This document shows, one piece after another, positions 38,159 to 49,086 of a stretch of DNA of 64,000 bases. How positions within the stretch are numbered: the stretch's first letter is position 1; each line of letters begins with the position of its first letter. The notes beneath the pieces are model-generated. The model was not told where the DNA came from. It saw nothing but the letters and a program-made list of their open reading frames with translations, and searched no databases. The DNA comes from Octopus sinensis (Eukaryota), in the NCBI RefSeq assembly GCF_006345805.1, contig NC_043001.1:129518001-129582000 (forward strand), in the 5' to 3' direction. A program made the position numbers and the translations under genes.

Positions 38159-38393
38159 AGGAGTGGCTGTGTGGTAAGTAGCTTGCTTACCAACCACATG
38201 GTTATGGGTTCAGTCCCACTGTGTGGCATCTTGGGCAAGTGTCTTCTTCTTATAGCCTTGGGTCAACCAAAATCTTGTGAGTGGATTTGGTAGACGGAAA
38301 CTGAAAGAAGCCCATCGTGTGTTTGTGTGTATATATATACATATATATACACGATGGGCTTCTTTCAGTTTCCGTCTACCAAATCCACTCACA

Positions 38394-38439
<46 letters not shown>

Positions 38440-38637
38440 GCATTTGCATTTGTGCCCCCACCATCACTTAACAACTAAAGTTGGTGTGTTTACATCCCAG
38501 TAACTTAGCAGTTTGGCAAAAAAGACCAATAGAATAAGTACTGGACTTATAAAGAATAAGTCCCGGGGTCAATTTGTTTGACTAAAGGTGGTGCTCCAGC
38601 ATGGCCACAGTCAAATGACTGAAACAAATAAAAGAAT
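38159..38637 (+). mobile_element. SINE family A with a perfect internal 49-bp inversion
   Basis: 38272-38320 is the reverse complement of 38349-38397. Confidence 0.9.
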
Positions 38638-38644
38638 AGTGATC

Positions 38645-38676
<32 letters not shown>

Positions 38677-39127
38677 AAGAAAAGAAGAAGAAGAAGAAGA
38701 AGAAGAAGAAGAGAAGAAGAAGAAGAAGAAGAAGAAGAAGAAGAATCCAAAAGCCAGAGAAGGCTTTGTCAGACATCAACAGATATAATTTTTAAAAAAT
38801 ATTACTTAGGTTCTTGTATTAACCTTTTCAATACCAAAGCAACCTTACCTGAAAGTATTCATATAGAAATTATAATCTTGATAAAAACCCTAGAACAACA
38901 TAAGGTTTTAGTTGACCAATACCAGCATAACAATTATTAATAGTCACACAGCCCAATAGAAATAAATGATAATTTTCCCTCACATCACATGGCACTATTT
39001 TAAAACAGTTAATGATACATCAGATAGTGTAGTTCTTCACGTCTCACCTAAAAAAGGTGATAGCTATGATTGGAATATCTGTTATCCTAAGTCTGCTCAG
39101 CCTAAAATAAAGCCACCACCAATATGC

Positions 39128-39517
39128 AGGAGTGGCTGTGTGGTAAGTAGCTAGTTTACCAACCACATGGTTCCGAGTTCAGTCCCACTGCATGGCACCT
39201 TGGGCAAGTGTCTTCTACTATAGCCTCGGGCCGACCAAAGCCTTGTGAGAGGATTTGGTAGACGGAAACTGAAAGAAGCCCGTCGTATATATGTATATAT
39301 ATATATATATGCGTTTGTGTGTCTGTGTTTGTCCCCCTAGCATTGCTTGACAACCGATGCTGGTGTATTTATGTCCCCGTTACTTAGCGGTTCAGCAAAA
39401 GAGACCGATAGAATAAGTACTGGGCTTACAAAAGAATAAGTCCCGGGGTCGAGTTGCTCGATTAAAGGCGGTGCTCCAGCATGGCAGCAGTCAAATGACT
39501 GAAACAAGTAAAAAGAG
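39128..39517 (+). mobile_element. SINE family A, near-consensus
   Basis: Complete head, CORE segment, microsatellite and tail; CpGs largely intact. Confidence 0.9.
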
Positions 39518-40159
39518 AAAAAGAGAAAGAGAATACAATCATAGGCATTCTTTGTGTGTGTATGTGTGTGTCTGTGTGTTTATAAAATATATAAATACAC
39601 ACATTTATATATGTACACACAGACATATAAAACGTATGTATGTATGTATATATATTATATACCTGCCTCTCCTCCTTTCTTAATCCCTCCCCCATAGAAC
39701 TATATTCCAAAACCCTGGTCCCTAAACCCTTCTTCCACTTTTCTTTTCTCCAATCATTTTCCCTCTTTTATTTTCCTCCTACACTTTTCTTCTCATGAAG
39801 TACTAACAGCCAAAACACCAAAACTCTCTCTTATCTTTTTAAGTGTAACAGAAATACAATATTGGTAAAAATCTTTTCCTTCCTCTGTAGTTCTGCTTCA
39901 TTTTGTCTTTCATAACACACATGTATGTGTGTGTGTGTATATACAACACACATATTTACATGCAAATGTGTGTGCATATGTGTAGATATACAGATGTGTG
40001 TGCGTGAGTGTGTGTGTGTATATATATATATATATAAACTTACTTGGAGGATAAGAAACGACGCAAGGCGCTCAGTCATATAATAACAATTTAACAAATA
40101 AAACATATGGATACATACACACATATATGTACATACCTACATCTATATGTATATATATA

Positions 40160-40198
<39 letters not shown>

Positions 40199-40360
40199 GT
40201 GTGTGTGATTGTGTATAGAAGAATATATTAATAAAAAGAATTCCAACCTTGTCTGATTTTCACGTTTTATTTACAATCTTATAATGATATATTATAAGAT
40301 AATATATTATAATTGAATAAAATAAAATGAAATAGTAGAATGTTAAATATTCATTCTGAT

Positions 40361-40405
40361 TGAACTAGTACTTTCATGCATTGAATTCTGCAATCTTCGG
40401 GTTCA
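40361..40405 (-). ncRNA. Hammerhead ribozyme motif (U4C variant), left-arm copy
   Basis: Reverse complement of 40471-40515. Confidence 0.6.
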
Positions 40406-40470
40406 TGTAGTAGTGTTGACAGTCATGCTTCACACAAAAATTGTGAAGCATGACTGTCAACACTACTACA

Positions 40471-40515
40471 TGAACCCGAAGATTGCAGAATTCAATGCAT
40501 GAAAGTACTAGTTCA
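40471..40515 (+). ncRNA. Minimal type I hammerhead ribozyme motif (U4C variant)
   Basis: UGAAC CCGAAGA UUGCA GAAUUCAA UGCAU GAAA GUAC UA GUUCA; stem I 5 bp, palindromic stem III AGUACU, CUA triplet. Confidence 0.65.
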
Positions 40516-41108
40516 ATCAGAATGAATATTTAACATTCTACTATTTCATTTTATTTTATTCAATTATAATATATTATCTTATAATATATCATTATAAGAT
40601 TGTAAATAAAACGTGAAAATCAGACAAGGTTGGAATTCTTTTTATTAATATATATATATATATATATATGAGTAGATGACACCACAAATAAACGTAAACA
40701 CAACGAGAAACGAAAACATAAAAACAAACAAGGAAATGGACTTTTTTAACAACATAAAAACAGGGTACAAGACAAACAATACAAGGAATATTCCCCTTCA
40801 TCAGCTGCCCCTGGTTCGACTCCATGCGTGTTTCGAAGGTAAGGGCATAGTTAATACAAACATTGAAAACACAAAGAGAAAACACGACAACGTGAAGACG
40901 TGGAACAAGTATAGTGTTATTGGACGCTCAGGAAAGGAAAGAAAGAAGGAGGATTTAACGTATCGAGCAGAGCTCTTTGGCAGAAACAGAAAAAGGAAAG
41001 ATCCAAGGAAGGGAAGACGGAGGAAGAAAAATCGCCAATGATACACATGCTGTCACATAGATGTGTGTGTGTGTGTGTGTGTATGACTTGCCAACCCTCA
41101 GTCAAACC

Positions 41109-41329
41109 TATTTCTTTACTACCCACAAGGGGCTAAACACAGAGAGGACAGACAAACAGATTAAGTCGATCATATCGACCCCAGTGTGTAACTGGTACTT
41201 ATTTAATCGACCCCGAAAGGATGAAAGGCAAAGTCGACCTCGGCAGAATTTGAACTCAGAACGTAACGGCAGACGAAATACGGATACGCATTTCGCCCGG
41301 CGTGCTAATGTTTCTACCAGCTCGCCGCC
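41109..41329 (-). mobile_element. SINE family B inserted into a family D SINE
   Basis: Direct repeat accctcagtcaaacc at 41094-41108 and 41335-41349; the family D tail continues to about 41410. Confidence 0.85.
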
Positions 41330-42039
41330 ATTTGACCCTCAGTCAAACCGTCCAACCCATGCCAGCATGGAAAGCAGACGTTAAACGACGACAATGATGA
41401 TGATGATGATGTTCGCACACATACAAATATTCATAGGATCACACATCTACATATGTAAGCAAAGAAGATAGCTTTTAGGTTTACACATTCACACACCGCA
41501 CCACCATATACATACATATCTACATACATACAAACAGACACACGCACATACATATATGCATGCATGCCTGCATACACACACATACACACATGCATAAACA
41601 CACACACACACATGTATGTTTATGTAGATGAGTGTAAGAATGATGTAAGTATGTATGTATGTATGTTATGTATATATGCCAAACAAAGAAATCTGTTAAA
41701 ACATTAATATAAAAGACAAAGAGAGCTCAGAAAGGAAATCGTAAATGACATCGTATTGTGCTTGTTGTCTGTGTGTTCAAACACTTGAATATGGTTCCAT
41801 GCTTTATGCAGCCACAGAGTATGATGTCTAAGGAACTCTAAACTACAAACTGTCAGCACTATTTCTTGAGTGACAAAGAGACACATACAATAATGTTGAC
41901 ACAAATTATTTAGTTACACAATGGGTTTTTTTTCACACTCTCCTAGAAACAAGCATGGTAATTTTACAATTCAAAAAAGATAGAAGGAAAAAAATAACAA
42001 TGATTCAGTGAACATAGGAAAGGGAAAGAGAGTGAATAC

Positions 42040-42185
42040 TTATGTGCCTACATATTATATATGTGTGTGTGTGTGGTGTGTGTGTGTGTGTGTGTGATAT
42101 ATATATATATATATACACACAAATATATACAAATATAATATATATATATGTGTGTGTGTGTGTGTATTTATATATATTATATATA

Positions 42186-42237
<52 letters not shown>

Positions 42238-42281
42238 TATATACATATATATATATACACATATATATATATACAAATATA

Positions 42282-42345
<64 letters not shown>

Positions 42346-42560
42346 AATATATGTGTGTGTATATATATGTATATATATATATATATATATTTGTATATAT
42401 GTATATAATATATATATGTGTGTATGTGTGTGTGTGTGTGTGTGTGTATTTATATATATATATATAATATGTATATATATACACATATATATTTATATGT
42501 ATGTATGTATGTGTGTGTATGTGCATATTATATGTATGAATATATGTGTATATGTGTGTA
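42040..42560. repeat. Compound TA/TG microsatellite field
   Basis: Direct inspection. Confidence 0.95.
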
Positions 42561-42561
42561 T

Positions 42562-42596
<35 letters not shown>

Positions 42597-43278
42597 GGCT
42601 GGAAAGGAGTGAGAGGGAGGGAGGGAGAGAAGGGGGTGAGAGAAGGCAAAGAGTGAAAATGATAAAGGGGGCAGATTCAGACAGAGAGAGAGAGAGACAG
42701 AGGCAGACAGACAAACACGAAAAGACAAAGATATCGATGGGTTAGGGTGAGGGTTAAGGTGAGGTTAACAGCAATGGTGATTAATGACACCAATATAGAG
42801 CTAATGAATGACAGTCAGTCATTTAAATGGTGTTCCCATATTGGCAGGGCTTATTCACAGTAGATTTTCCTGTCTATTGTCTGTTTAGAACTGAACAAGC
42901 TCAGGTCATTTCCAACTGGGAGTATTTAAGTGACTGCAAATCTTTCGTATACATTGATTTGCCAGTATATCCTGAAGACCCTCTTTTTTTCTGCAGGTTT
43001 TTGATGGGAAAATGTGGGAATGATGACAAGAACAGATTTTGAGATTTCAAACAAATCAAACAACATTTGAAAAAAATGTGTATCTGTGTGTGTACATGGT
43101 AAAATGTAGAATATGCTTGTATAACTGAGTATGTGCACAAACATAAATCCATGTAAATGTGCATTAATTTTCACACAAAAATCAAGCAGAATGCTGTTTT
43201 CATATATATATACCGGAGTAAACACATAAATGTGAAACAAGGTGGAAAAAAGAGTACTCAAATACCAGGGGTAGAGTA

Positions 43279-43402
43279 ATATGCTTTATTTAAAAGCAGC
43301 AGAAAATTCAACAAAACCTGTTACTCTGAGTTTCATGTTAGGGAACGTGAAACTCAGAGTAACAGGTTTTGTTGATTTCTGCTGCTTTTAAATAAAGTAT
43401 AT
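43279..43402. repeat. Fold-back hairpin, about 60-bp arms, 4-nt loop, containing a hammerhead 3' half
   Basis: ...cctgttactctgagtttcatgtt aggg aacgtgaaactcagagtaacagg...; two G/T mismatches and a 2-nt bulge. Confidence 0.9.
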
Positions 43403-43405
43403 ATA

Positions 43406-43444
<39 letters not shown>

Positions 43445-43446
<2 letters not shown>

Positions 43447-43855
43447 AACGAGCAAAATGCCCCCCGTACAATGGACTGTGCTGAGTTGTCAACCATTTAA
43501 ACCAAATTTTCTCAAAACAACTTCCCCGACCGTCCCATAGGCCTTCCCTTTGAGAAATACTGATTTAACCTAAATTTTAGACACCAGCAAAAGAAGAAAT
43601 AAAGATAGACTTTTCTTCTATTCCAAATCAAAACGATTTTATTCGGATTTATTGATTTTATTTGGCTTTATCGATCGCATTCTCACCTGGAATCGATTTT
43701 TGCAATTTTTTCAAGACTTATGCACGCCCTGATACCGTCGATATCTACATAACTTAACTTATATCAAATTTGAGCACAATAGGATGGAGGATGCTCGAGA
43801 TCCAAGAAGACACACACACAGAAAGACAGACAGAACGGATTTTATATAATAGGTA
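43445..43855 (+). mobile_element. Possible Helitron/HINE-like non-autonomous element
   Basis: CpG-retaining unique block ending in acacacagaaagacagacagaacggattttatataatag, a layout like DINE-1/Lep1-type elements; weak. Confidence 0.3.
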
Positions 43856-43875
43856 TATATATATTGTGTTCATGT

Positions 43876-44281
43876 ATTCTTTTTTTTATTCTTTTTACTT
43901 GTTTCAGTCATTTGACTGCGGCCATGCTGGAGCACCGCCTTTAGTTGAGCAACTCAACCACGGGACTTATTCTTTTGTAAGCCCAGTACTTATTCTATTA
44001 GTCTCTTTTGCGAACCGCTAAGTAACGGGGACATAAACACACCAGCATTGGTTGTCAAGCAATGCTAGGGGGACAAACACAGATACACAAACACACACAT
44101 ACGCATATATATATACATATATATGACGGGCTTCTTTCAGTTTCTGTCTACCTAATCCACTCACAAGGCTTCGGTTGGCCCGAGGCTATAGTAGAAGATA
44201 CTTGCCCAAGGTGCAATGCAGTGGGACTGAACCCGGAACCATGTGGTTGGTATGCGAGTTACTTATCATACAGTCACTCCT
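43876..44281 (-). mobile_element. SINE family A
   Basis: Full-length match to the other copies. Confidence 0.9.
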
Positions 44282-44477
44282 ACACCTTATTTATATTATA
44301 TAATAATATAAATTAGTCACATATTTTTAAGTTACAAAACAATTTGTCATGATATTAGAATTTTCTTCTTATTAAATAAAATTTCTTCAAACAACTTCTC
44401 TGCTATTTATGACTTTATATATAATATATATATTATAATTATATTATATATATATATATATATAATAAAAATAATAT

Positions 44478-44700
44478 GCCCTTTTAAAGCCTAGCCAGGC
44501 TTATGGGCCCGGTTTCCTAGTTTCAATGGCGTATGTGTTCCCCAGCTGGATGGGACACCAGTCTATCGCAGCGTTACTCATTTTTGCCAGCTGAGTGGAC
44601 TGGAGCAACGTGAAATGAAGTGTTTTGCTCAAGAACACAACACGTCACCTGGTCCAGGAATCGAAACCACAATCTTATGCTCATGATGCTGACACTCTAA
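44478..44700 (-). mobile_element. tRNA-derived SINE with CORE and V-domain-like segments
   Basis: Minus strand: GGTTTCGATTCC B-box, CTTGAGCAAAACACTT, CTGCGATAGACTGGTGTCCCATCCAG. Confidence 0.65.
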
Positions 44701-44715
44701 CTATATTTATATATA

Positions 44716-45010
44716 TCATCATCATCATCATCATCATCGTTTAGCGTCCGCTTTCCATGCTAGCATGGGTTGGACGGTTCAACTGGGGTCTGAGAAGCCA
44801 GAAGGCTGCACCAGGCCCAGTCTGATCTGGCAATGTTTCTATGGCTTGATGCCCTTCCTAACGCCAACCACTTCGTGAGTGTAGTGGGTGCTTTTTACGT
44901 GCCACCGGCACAGGTGCCAGATGAGTCTGGCAAACGGCCACGATCGGATGGTGCTTTTTACGTGCCACCGGCACGGGGGCCAGGCGGGTCTGGCAACGGC
45001 CACGAACGGA
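44716..45010 (-). mobile_element. SINE family D
   Basis: (CAT)n tail, GGATGCCCTTCCTAACGCCAACC-type segment, internal GTGCCACCGGCAC repeats. Confidence 0.85.
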
Positions 45011-45476
45011 TACCTGCCATTATCTAAACCAGATTGCAACCTCTAAGATTCTACATTAAGGTTGTTAAAAATACAACCTGTATAAGGTAATGGGTAAAGA
45101 GCCCATGGGATTGCACCTAGAAAGTTTCTCTCCGAGGCACAAGTCTGGGCAAGGTTGTTTATGGAAGACCAGCAGTTACCCATGCATACCAGCCAAAGAA
45201 TCAAGGATTGTCATAGCTGGAATATATTTTGCTATATATCTGTTTGATCAGAACAGACATAGAGCTAAGCAACAACAGTGTACGTAAGACAGCAAAACCA
45301 AAAATAGCATTTTACAGATGACAATAACATTACTAGTAAGAACAGAGTTCACGCCATCGCCATCACTTCGAAGATGATGACAACATCAACAACATGCTAC
45401 ATGCAACTTCAATAACAATAACAAATGACTTTCAACAATGTTCTCAATAACAAAAGGACTAAAAATAAAAATGAAA

Positions 45477-45843
45477 GGTATGGCTGTGTTGTAAGAAGCT
45501 TGCTTCCCAACCACATGGTTCCTGGTTCAGTCCCATTGCATGGAACCTTGGGCAAGTGTCTTCTACTATAGCCTCGGGTATAGATGGAAACTGAAAGAAG
45601 CCAGTTGTGTGTGTGAGTATATATATATATATATATATAAATATGTTTGTATTTGTCCCACCACCACCACCACCACCATTGTGTGACAACCGATGTGGGT
45701 GAGTTTACGTCACTGTAACATAGTGGTTACTAGGCTTACAAAGAATAAGTCCTGGGGTCAATTCGTTTGACTAAAATCCCCTTAAGGTGGTGCACAAGCA
45801 TGACTACACTCAAATGACTGAAACAAGTAAAAGAATAAAAGAG
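45477..45843 (+). mobile_element. SINE family A, diverged with deletions
   Basis: Head/CORE and tail recognisable. Confidence 0.75.
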
Positions 45844-46084
45844 GCTCTCCAGAATGGAGCTTTTGCATGGTTGCCCAATCTGCTAGAAGTAGCAGGCAAA
45901 TCTCTTAGTACCAATGTAGGAGGATGTCACTAGTATGGTCTTCACAGAAAAACCTTCAATCATAAGTCTTCTTAATCCCAACTGACCTAAGTCTAAACAA
46001 CATGATAAGTACTAGATTGCAACAGCAATACTGGAATACCAGCTTGTAATAACAGCTTTGTAAGGAAGACCTATCTAGTCTCTT

Positions 46085-46515
46085 AAGCCAACACCAGTGT
46101 GTAGCTGGTACATAATTTCATGTTGCCAGCCTCGGCTGGCCCCCGTGCCGGTGACACGTAAAAGCACCGTCCGTTCGTGGCCGTTTGCCAGCTCTGTCTG
46201 GCCCCGTGTCGGTGGCACGTAAAAGCACCGTCCGTTCGTGTCCGTTGCCAGCATCGCCTGGCCTCGTGCCGGTGACACGTAAAAGCACCATACGTTTGTG
46301 GCCGTTTGCCAGCTCTGTCTGGCACCCATGCAGGTGGCATGTTAAAAACACCCACTACACAGTGGTTGGCGTTAGGAAGAGCATCCAGCCGTAGAAACAC
46401 TGCCAGATCTGACTGGGCCTGACGAAGCCTTCCAGCTTCACAGACCCCAGTTGAACTGTCCAACCCATGCTAGCATGGAAAGCGGACGCTAAATGATGAT
46501 GATGATGATGATGAT
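46085..46515 (+). mobile_element. SINE family D with an internal tandem array of about 60-bp units
   Basis: CTGGCCCCGTGCCGGTGACACGTAAAAGCACC... at about 46136, 46197 and 46257, degenerate at about 46319; (GAT)n tail. Confidence 0.85.
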
Positions 46516-47170
46516 TCCTGAAGGATGAAATAAACACTGAAACTTCCTTAGTGAGATTTGATCTCAGTCTGTATGAGAGAGAATACAATGAAATGAAATG
46601 AAATGAAATATCACAAAGCATTTGGTTCAACACTCTCCTGACAATGACAACTAATGATAACAACAGCAACAATAAAAACGACATGAACTTCTGCAGATAC
46701 CAACAACAGCCACAGCAACAACAATATCATCAACAATGACAATGTGTAACAGACAGCAAAAACATATCTTGTACAAGATAGATTCCTTGTTCTATGTTAT
46801 TAATGTCCTATCAGAGCTGCCATCTTGATAATCATAATAAATTTGGCACTGAAAAGTGGGGTCTCGGAAACTGGGGTTGAGATGTGGCAGGGGTGAGGGA
46901 GAGGGGAAGAGAGAGAGAAAAGGGTTAGGAGTCTGTTGGGGGATGGGCTAAAGGGGAAGAGAAACAGGGGACAGAACGGGCATGAGTTTTACAAGGGTTA
47001 CCAAGTTCTCCTTGAGTAAGATATATGCACACACACATATATACATGCATACATACATACATACATACATACATACATACATACATACATACATACATAC
47101 ATACATACATACATACATAGGGGACAGATGGAAAGGCCATGGAGAAGGAAGGGCACAAATACAGAATGGT

Positions 47171-47201
<31 letters not shown>

Positions 47202-47709
47202 AAGAAGAAGAAGAAGAAGAAGAAGAAGGACGATAATGATGACAGTGATAATGGTTAAGATACATAAAAAATAAGCAAAATAAGCAGCAATAAAACTAGA
47301 TAAAGAAGATAGATGCAGAATAAGGTAAAGCAAAGCAAATATGAAGAAAAGAAAGTAAATAAGAAAAAAAAAGAAAAAAATAAAAGATCGGAGGAGAGAA
47401 AAGAGACAGGATGGAGATGGGGTAAAGAAGAAGAAGAAGAAGAAGACTGTAATAGAAATGGGAGTGGATGGGTGGTGGTGAGTGAAAAGAAAAGCGAGCA
47501 AGGAAGTTGTGAAGAAGACAGAAAGGAAGGAAGGAAGGAAGGAAGGAAGGAAGTCATGAAGACATAAGAAAGGAAAGGAAGAGAGAAAGCCGAGTGAGAA
47601 AGGAGAGAAAGGAGGAAGGATGTCAGTAATCTGTAAGCTAGATAAAACCTGCATATTAGCTAAGCAAGAACAGGGGAAAAAAAAAAGAAACAAAAACAAA
47701 AACAAAAAA

Positions 47710-47960
47710 AATAAAACGCCAGTGCGCTGACACGTCGTCAGTGCGTGCAGTCAGCCATGCAAGCGCTACCATGCACATAAAAGCTTGTTTGTCGCTACAG
47801 CTTGTAACAAGAAGACAATAGTGCGGAGAGGTGGTGGTGGTGGTGGTGGTGGGGAACATGGCAGGGTGTGTGGAGATGTGTGGTGGCGGCGGTGGGTGAG
47901 TATGAGCTACGGGCCGGACGGACGGACGGTGTTTGGGTTGTGCGGAGTGTACAATGTGAG
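47710..47960. promoter_or_regulatory. CpG-rich unique segment, candidate cis-regulatory element
   Basis: Dense CpG cluster outside recognisable repeats; imperfect palindrome gcgctgac-acgtc-gtcagtgc. Confidence 0.25.
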
Positions 47961-48533
47961 TTTACAGTACATATATATATATATATGTTATTCCTGCTTG
48001 TGAGAAACAAGACAGTGTTTACGTTTTTTTTTTTTTTGATGCATGTGTAAGAAATTTTGAATGTATGTTGTATGTCTGAATGTTGTCAAGTATATGTGTA
48101 TGTGTGTACTATATATGTTGTGTGTGTATATATATATATATATATATGTGTGCATGTGTATATATACATGTTGTGTGTATATATATATATATATATATGT
48201 GTGGTGTGCATGTGTATATATATATATTTATATGTATATATATATATAGATATTATATATATATATATACGTGTGTATATATATATATATATACGTGTGT
48301 GTATATCTATATATATATACGTGTATATATATATATAATATATACAGACACAAAAGTGGTTGTGTGGTAAGTAGCTTGCTTACCAACCACATGGTTCCGG
48401 GTTCAGTCCCACTGTGTGGCACCTTGGGCAAGTGTCTTCTACTATAACCTCGGGCTGACCAAAGCCTTGCGAGTCTATTTGTTAGACGGAAACTGAAAGG
48501 AGCCCATTGTATGTATATATATATATGTTTATA

Positions 48534-48745
48534 CAGGGGTTGGACAAAATAATGGAAACACCTAGCATCATAATTTTGAAATATCTATAAAACCGTCAAA
48601 AGCTTGTTTATTTTTATGTTTTTTTATTTATTATTAGTGTTGCTTAATATGTTTTGCTAAAATTGCTGTTTCTTTTCAGATATCATCAGAGAAAGGTAAT
48701 TAAAATTCATTAAAATGACAGATGTATCGGACATAAAGGAAAGAA
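48534..48745 (+). mobile_element. Tc1-like element left end
   Basis: TA|CAGGGGTTGGACAAAATAATGGAAACACC TIR-like start, followed by an MTDVSD start resembling the Tc1 MxDLSDF start. Confidence 0.55.
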
Positions 48746-49055
48746 AGAAAACCAACTTTTTGACAAATATTGTACTAGTTCAATGCAATATCATTCTCAT
48801 CACCATCATCTATATATGTCTGTATGTGTGTGTGTATATCGACACACACTGGCACATGTGTGACTGTGTGCCAAAAAGATTGTTTCCCAACAACATGGTT
48901 CCAGGTTCAGTCCCACTGCATGGCACCTTGGGCAAATCAGTGTCTTCTACTATAGTCTCAGGCCAACCAAAGCCTTGTGAGTGGATTTGGTACAAAAAAA
49001 TTGACAGAAACCCATCGTTTGTATGTATGTATATCCATCCATCCATGTATATATA

Positions 49056-49086
<31 letters not shown>

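Larger units (their letters stand above)
40223..40653. repeat. Perfect palindrome, 212-bp arms, 7-nt loop
   Basis: 40223-40434 is the exact reverse complement of 40442-40653; loop caaaaat. Confidence 0.95.

Noticed and set aside
40770-40850. Minus-strand CUGAUGA-AGGGG and an upstream GAAAC...GUC, suggesting another hammerhead
   Set aside because: The order and pairing do not give stems I and III, and no GAAA partner follows before the TA run. At most a truncated 5' half.
42740-42770. Telomere-like ggttagggtgagggttaagg
   Set aside because: Only one exact TTAGGG; expected by chance.
42997-43080. Exon after the strong acceptor ctctttttttctgcAG
   Set aside because: All three frames stop within about 45 nt and no good donor follows.
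46360-46410. HDV-like ribozyme in the RTE-derived segment of SINE family D
   Set aside because: I could not build the P1/P1.1/P2/P3/P4 double pseudoknot by eye; it needs a descriptor search.
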